A stretch of DNA of 56,434 bases, counting the filler, from Sphacelaria rigidula (lineage: Eukaryota), in NCBI GenBank assembly GCA_964200075.2. It is 7 parts of 7 records of this genome, joined end to end, with 100 filler letters (N's around TTAATTAATTAA, not from the genome) between each part and the next. Parts side by side here need not be neighbours in the genome. Positions count along the whole stretch, not along the records: positions 48,459 to 56,434 come from CAXNAA020012778.1; 6 more parts are not named here. One strand, given 5' to 3'. How positions within the stretch are numbered: the stretch's first letter is position 1; each line of letters begins with the position of its first letter. Both the position numbers and the translations under genes were made by a program. Shown here piece after piece: positions 51,532 to 56,434 of this stretch. A model generated the notes under the pieces. That model had not been told where the DNA came from and did not search any database. It saw nothing but the letters and a program-made list of their open reading frames with translations.

Positions 51532-51750
51532 TGAGCTATGAGAGCTACGTGAGCTGCGCATGTTTGCCCTGGATGAGCTATGAGAGCCACATGAGCTACG
51601 CATGTGTGCCCTGGGTGAGCTGTGAGAGCTTCATGAGCTACGCGTGTTTGCCCTAGGTGAACTATGAGAGCTAGATGAGCTGCGCATGTTTGCCCTGGGT
51701 GAGCCACCAACCCGTAGCTCACCAGCGCACGTTTACCCTGGGTTAGCTAT
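51532..51750. repeat. AGCT-rich minisatellite, 42-bp unit x 4-5
   Basis: Unit tgagctatgagagctacgtgagctgcgcatgtttgccctgg(a/g) starting at 51532, 51574, 51616 and 51658. Confidence 0.9.
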
Positions 51751-51989
51751 CGAGCGTATCTTACGTGTACATTTTTGACTACAAATGAGCTACAGCCCGC
51801 AAATAAGCTATAACAGCTCACGAGCTGTCCGACGTATGGAAATGTTGCGGTTCGACCGGATCACCACCCCATAAGATTCGGTCACGTGATCTAAAATCCA
51901 AATCACCGGTGATGTGGTAAACCGTAGTATTTTACATCCAAAACACGTGCCACAAGAGTCGGCGTTAGACTGCCGACAGTCGACACCGT

Positions 51990-54900
51990 ATCAAGTGTTG
52001 TATAATGGCTTCACTTTATACCAGTAATAACCTCTCCGAAAAAACTGAGGTACTTGATATTGAGGGGGCGTGATGACCACATCTCTATAACCCAGCCCGC
52101 TTACTGCTAACACGGGCTCGTTAATCCGGACTGTCGTCCCGGGCTTGTCATAATCCAATAACGACTGATTCTCACAAATGGGGTCGAACACTAGAATGAG
52201 GTTCAAATAGCATAACTAATTTTCAGGAATGGTGCGAAACACTTACACCAAGGGAAAGCTTCTCCTCCCCCCAAAACTAATGTAGCAGTTGTTGAGCAGG
52301 TGTGGCTAGATGCGCCGAACGAATGCGGTGTACACGCGTGTCGATGACGATACCACCACAGAGAGAAGGAACGGTGGAGAGGAAGCTCCTCGCCGGTGTC
52401 CTTCGTGTGTTCTCGTTCGGCGATTCCCAATCGCTCGAGATATTGATATCATATTACCATCACAGACCGAAGTTACCATGTGTCGGCAGGCGGGTTATTG
52501 TAGCACAGCCCCGGAAACAAGATCGAGATGCCCACGGTTATCGTCTCCTGTCTGTGGCGCTCACCAATGCAGATATCGATTTCTCTCCGCCTCTCTGCTT
52601 GGACAGGACGTGCCTCTGTGCGCAGTAGAACACCTCGTCGAAAAGCGGGGCGATGTTCCCTTCACTGCCTCTGTTCACACACACACACACATGCGAGCAT
52701 GGACGGTTGCGCCGTTTCGCCAAGATCTAATAATCGCAAGCAGTGGGGTGTTGATGTAATCGTTGATTCCACCCGACGTATGCAAAACAAGGACAAGAGT
52801 CTTCTACATCCCAGTTGGGGGGATGTTTGAGAGATCAAACACTCGTGCAGACCTTCTCAGGATGCGGAGTGAAAGAAGATACCTCTGGCGGTGACATGAC
52901 TCTTGCTGGCATGACCCATGGCGTCCTGTAATCTGAGCTTTTCTGCGTACATCCGTTCGCGTGCTCAGCAGGGTGTGTGTGTATCGGTGTCTGTTGCAGC
53001 TGAGACGGGAGATGGTTAGGAGCAAGGGTGTTCCATGGTTAACCACCTGCCACTGCATTCGTGACCCGCGCCGTTAAGCGCTGACCAGAAAGGTCTTGTC
53101 TGAGAATAACTTCCGAGCAACGTACAGACAGTAGTCGGCAGAACGTCAAGCCCGAATGATTACTGAAATTGCGTTGCTGCACGTACTCATTGCCTGTAGC
53201 AATTCGATTGTACAAGCCTCGTAAGGGAGAAGGATTATCATACTTTGATCTTATACCGTAAATCAATACGGTTCTCGTAAGCTGGGGGAAAGTGCAAAAT
53301 ACTGTGTTTTTTGTTCAGGTGCCGAGTACTAATAGTAGAACTTGACAAAGGTCGGTGTTTGAGTTGATCAGTGTAACGGTAGAATACGGCGGATGTTGAA
53401 TACATGATCCGGGGCTGACCCATATTAGGTGCAGAATTGTTTGTAAGTATCTAACACACAAGTGTTGCGAAATTGTTAACAAAAAAAGCAGGTGTGCTTC
53501 AGCATGTGCCACCTCACTGCTCGTTAGCCGGCGTGGCGCGCATGGTACGCCGGTATTACTAGCCACGCTCTTGTTATGCAGTTTCGTTGATTCTCGCCCA
53601 ATGGTGATATATATGTGTCAACCCTCTCACCATCATCTTGTCATCGATTTCAAACTTGACATATTCCTCCCGGCGTTGACAGATATCGTGGCTGAAGATG
53701 GCGGCATCGAGAGCTTGGATGCCCTTGACGAAGGTCGTCTCGCCGCAGAAGCTCTTCATTTTTATTTTGTTTCAGGCAAGTATTGGTAACAGCATAGCGG
53801 TTTGTGCACCGAAATTCGTCACGGGTTGGTGAAAGTACCGCCTCCACAGGATAACTGCACGGCATTGCACAACCGTTCATGGATTGAAATAATAGTACCT
53901 GACATAGGAGAGATGATATGAAAGTGCTGACCCCCTGTTCGGACAGAGTCGTTCGAGATGCATCCTGGTATGATAAACAGCGATGTCGACTCGTCGACGG
54001 TACACGAGTGAAATCGAGGTGGCAACAGCTAGGTGTCCTCGACAGGTCGGAGTGAGGAACGCAATGGTGACCCTTTTTTTCCCTGTATCGCACCCCCCTG
54101 CCTGCGACCGCAGCTCTTGTACACGCGCGCGTTGCGACTTTTATACAAGCTTCAAGGGCAGATCTGGCGACTCGTTAGGAAGCACGATCCCGCGCCTTAC
54201 AACGTGTCGGTGTTGGGTTTTATGGAGCCAAGGCTCAGGATGCTGAGCAGGGTGAGACGTATACGGTCTGTGATCCTCTAGTAGGCATGGTGTCGATGAT
54301 TGACCTGTTGAGCTATCTCCCCGCTCTCCCGTTTGGATGACCACAGCAGAGATCACCACCGGTTTGGATGACCACGGCAGAGATCACCACCGAGGAAGCA
54401 ATTATTTCCCGCGAATGCTTCGAGCGTTGACTTTAGGGCGAGCTTTTTATATGGTAGATTATATGGTGGGGTGGAGCCCCACTCTGTCGTGATTGCCGCT
54501 CACAAGCTGCATGTTTCCGGTGTGTTCTTGTTCAAGTTTTCGTGTCGATATACCGAGTCGACAAGGTCTCAATTGCTTTGCCAATCCAGCGCCCCCCATA
54601 TATCCGACGCCTGTACGCTGGCTTCACCTCTCCCTCAGGCCATGGTGGTGTCCTTTTTTTTAAAGACCGCGGTGAACTTGTCCGTTGCTAGTGGATGGAA
54701 GGCCAATCCAGGCTTGGCAAAGGTGAGCAAGGAAAACGAAAGGCCAGCTTGAAACATTTGCGTCGTGTACCAGTGGTCCCGTACGCTCGTCACAACGCCT
54801 CGCGCACGGGCTGGATCCGTGTTGTGTGCTACATGGCGCAGAAAGTGAAGCACTCGTTCTCGTCTTGCGCGCCTGAAGCATTCGTACCGTGAAATACTCC

Positions 54901-55400
54901 GAGGTCGCGATATAATTTTCAATGACAGAACTGTCGTTGATCGACTTGGTTATACAGGTGTGTTCCGACGTGGTGTATTGCCTGTATGCCGGAAACTTTG
55001 TGGACGAGGCGAAGCGATTTTTCCTTCCCGTGTGGTGAGTCACTTTTGTTTTGCGCCGATATTGCGCTTGCTGCGAGTGTCGTTTACACATATTCGCACG
55101 GGTGGCAGTCATGTGCGCCAGATCGAACGAGTTATCGAGCCCTATGTCAACTCTGTGATGTCGGGGTTCATGACGAAGTTTAAATTATAACTCATGTGTA
55201 GGATGACTGCTGCGTGTTGGATGTCCACACGTGTTGTTCTTGACCGAAATGAAAACCTTCATCTCCGAGCGCATTGAGTGCTCTCCCATATTCGCGGTGT
55301 TTAGTTGCTGTCCGAAAAATGAGCGGAGATCTCGCCACGATCTCCGTGTGGGACAAAATCAAAGCGCCGTCATCATAACTTGACGTACATGTAGGGCACA
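51990..55400 (-). mobile_element. Degenerate transposase, probably KDZ (Kyakuja-Dileera-Zisupton) superfamily
   Basis: Broken reading frames with motifs in KDZ-like order: THG (about 52475), ESP (about 52420), GIVID[x]ACTPHSF (about 52320-52354, one-base frameshift). Boundaries approximate. Confidence 0.5.
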
Positions 55401-55859
55401 TTTGTAAATGCCCGCATCCTTCGATTTGTGGCCTTCAGCCTCAATTTTCGTTTTTGTAACCCCCAGGAATTGAGTGCTCTCAAAAATTTCGAATCTCAAA
55501 ACGACCAAATACTGCTTTGAGACCCTGAATGATGGTACGTTTGGTTTTCACTTGCCTATTATGTGTGCAGCAAGAGAGAACCCACGGTGGCCGGTCCCTT
55601 CAATCAAGCCGGCCAGCGAATCAACACATGCACACTTTTGATGCGCCTTGAACGACATGTGACCAGCTATTAAACTTACGCAAGTGAGCTGCAAAAACAC
55701 GGGGGTTGGAAGTCATGACTCAAATTGAGAGTACTTTCCGCTGATGACTTGCTCTTAGTCTGGGCCAGTTATCTACGAGGATACATTTGTATCACGTGAC
55801 TAGAGATTGCATTTGACACGGTCTTCCGCATCACGTTTTGCTCACTCATTCTCGTACAG

Positions 55860-56043
55860 GATACCTTCACTCAAGAATGACAAGCGGAAGGGTTTCATCT
55901 ACAACCGGTCGCTATCGGTCCTGACCTGGGCTCTCTGCTTCGTCTCCGTCTCGGAGATAATAAGCTCTTTTCTACGAATACCGATCACCTCTACATTGGC
56001 GTTCGGGGGTATCGGAGGTCTTGCTCTTGGTTTGGCCGGCAAG
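55860..56043 (+). CDS. MscS-family mechanosensitive channel exon (TM2-TM3)
   Basis: IPSLKNDKRKGFIYNRSLSVLTWALCFVSVSEIISSFLRIPITSTLAFGGIGGLALGLAGK; Gly/Ala-rich pore helix typical of MscS. tacag acceptor, GTCAGT donor. Confidence 0.85.
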
Positions 56044-56119
56044 GTCAGTAGCAAGCAACCCATGTACCGATGACCATACCACTAGATGACGGTAAGTACG
56101 AAGGTGGATATCAAGTAGG

Positions 56120-56372
56120 CCCTTTTTACGATAGGCCCCCCCCCCAAAAGTGCGTGGTTTTGGGAAGCAAAATCTTCACGTGAATCGAAATAGGAAGGGC
56201 CGAGCACAACGAGCAGCTGGAAATTCCCACGCTTGGGTTCGTTTTAGCCACTGTCGCCAAATATGAGGCGCTTCATGCAGCCTGAACCTAGACACTAGGC
56301 GCTGTATGGCCATTTTTTTCGTGACACTTTTCGGCTGGTTTGGGGGGGGGGGGGGGGCATGTTGAAAAGTGG
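56120..56372. mobile_element. MITE family C copy
   Basis: Interior closely matches 43421-43648 (ttttgggaagcaaaa...gccgagcacaacgag...atatgaggcgct...ctgtatggccatttttt). Confidence 0.8.
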
Positions 56373-56434
56373 TTGGGGGTGTTCCGTGGGGGGGGAGAGG
56401 GGGGGGCAGTTTTCAACGTTGTGTGTGTTGACCC

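Noticed and set aside
51528..51722. 14-aa repeat protein (AHPGQTCAAHVALI)
   Set aside because: Follows from a 42-bp minisatellite; no splice or codon evidence for coding.
53574..54922. Third copy of the IGKYG protein family (FVKG...AAIFSH and KP motifs)
   Set aside because: The IGKYG block is missing and the spacing differs; the region is better explained as KDZ-like.

Overview
Eukaryotic, intron-rich, roughly 50% GC nuclear DNA, most consistent with a brown alga (Phaeophyceae; inferred from gene content and intron style, not proven). The window is not one locus. It is seven pieces of 7977, 7977, 7976, 7976, 7976, 7976 and 7976 bp joined by identical 100-bp spacers (44 N + TTAATTAATTAA + 44 N), i.e. 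size-sorted unplaced contigs, so nothing can be inferred across spacers. Host genes assembled by splice-phase reading: a Sulfotransfer_2-type carbohydrate sulfotransferase (minus, contig 1), an unidentified spliced gene (minus, contig 2), RAB28 (plus) converging on the 3' end of an EML5/6-like WD40 gene (minus, contig 3), a TTLL4-like tubulin glutamylase (minus, contig 5) and one MscS channel exon (plus, contig 7). The rest is rich in MITEs, tandem arrays and decayed coding sequence. The most interesting candidates are two probable KDZ-superfamily transposase relics (contigs 6 and 7), an unassigned decayed protein family present twice (contigs 2 and 4), and a synonymously diverged pseudo-exon copy inside a RAB28 intron. 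Most of the ORF track is spurious.
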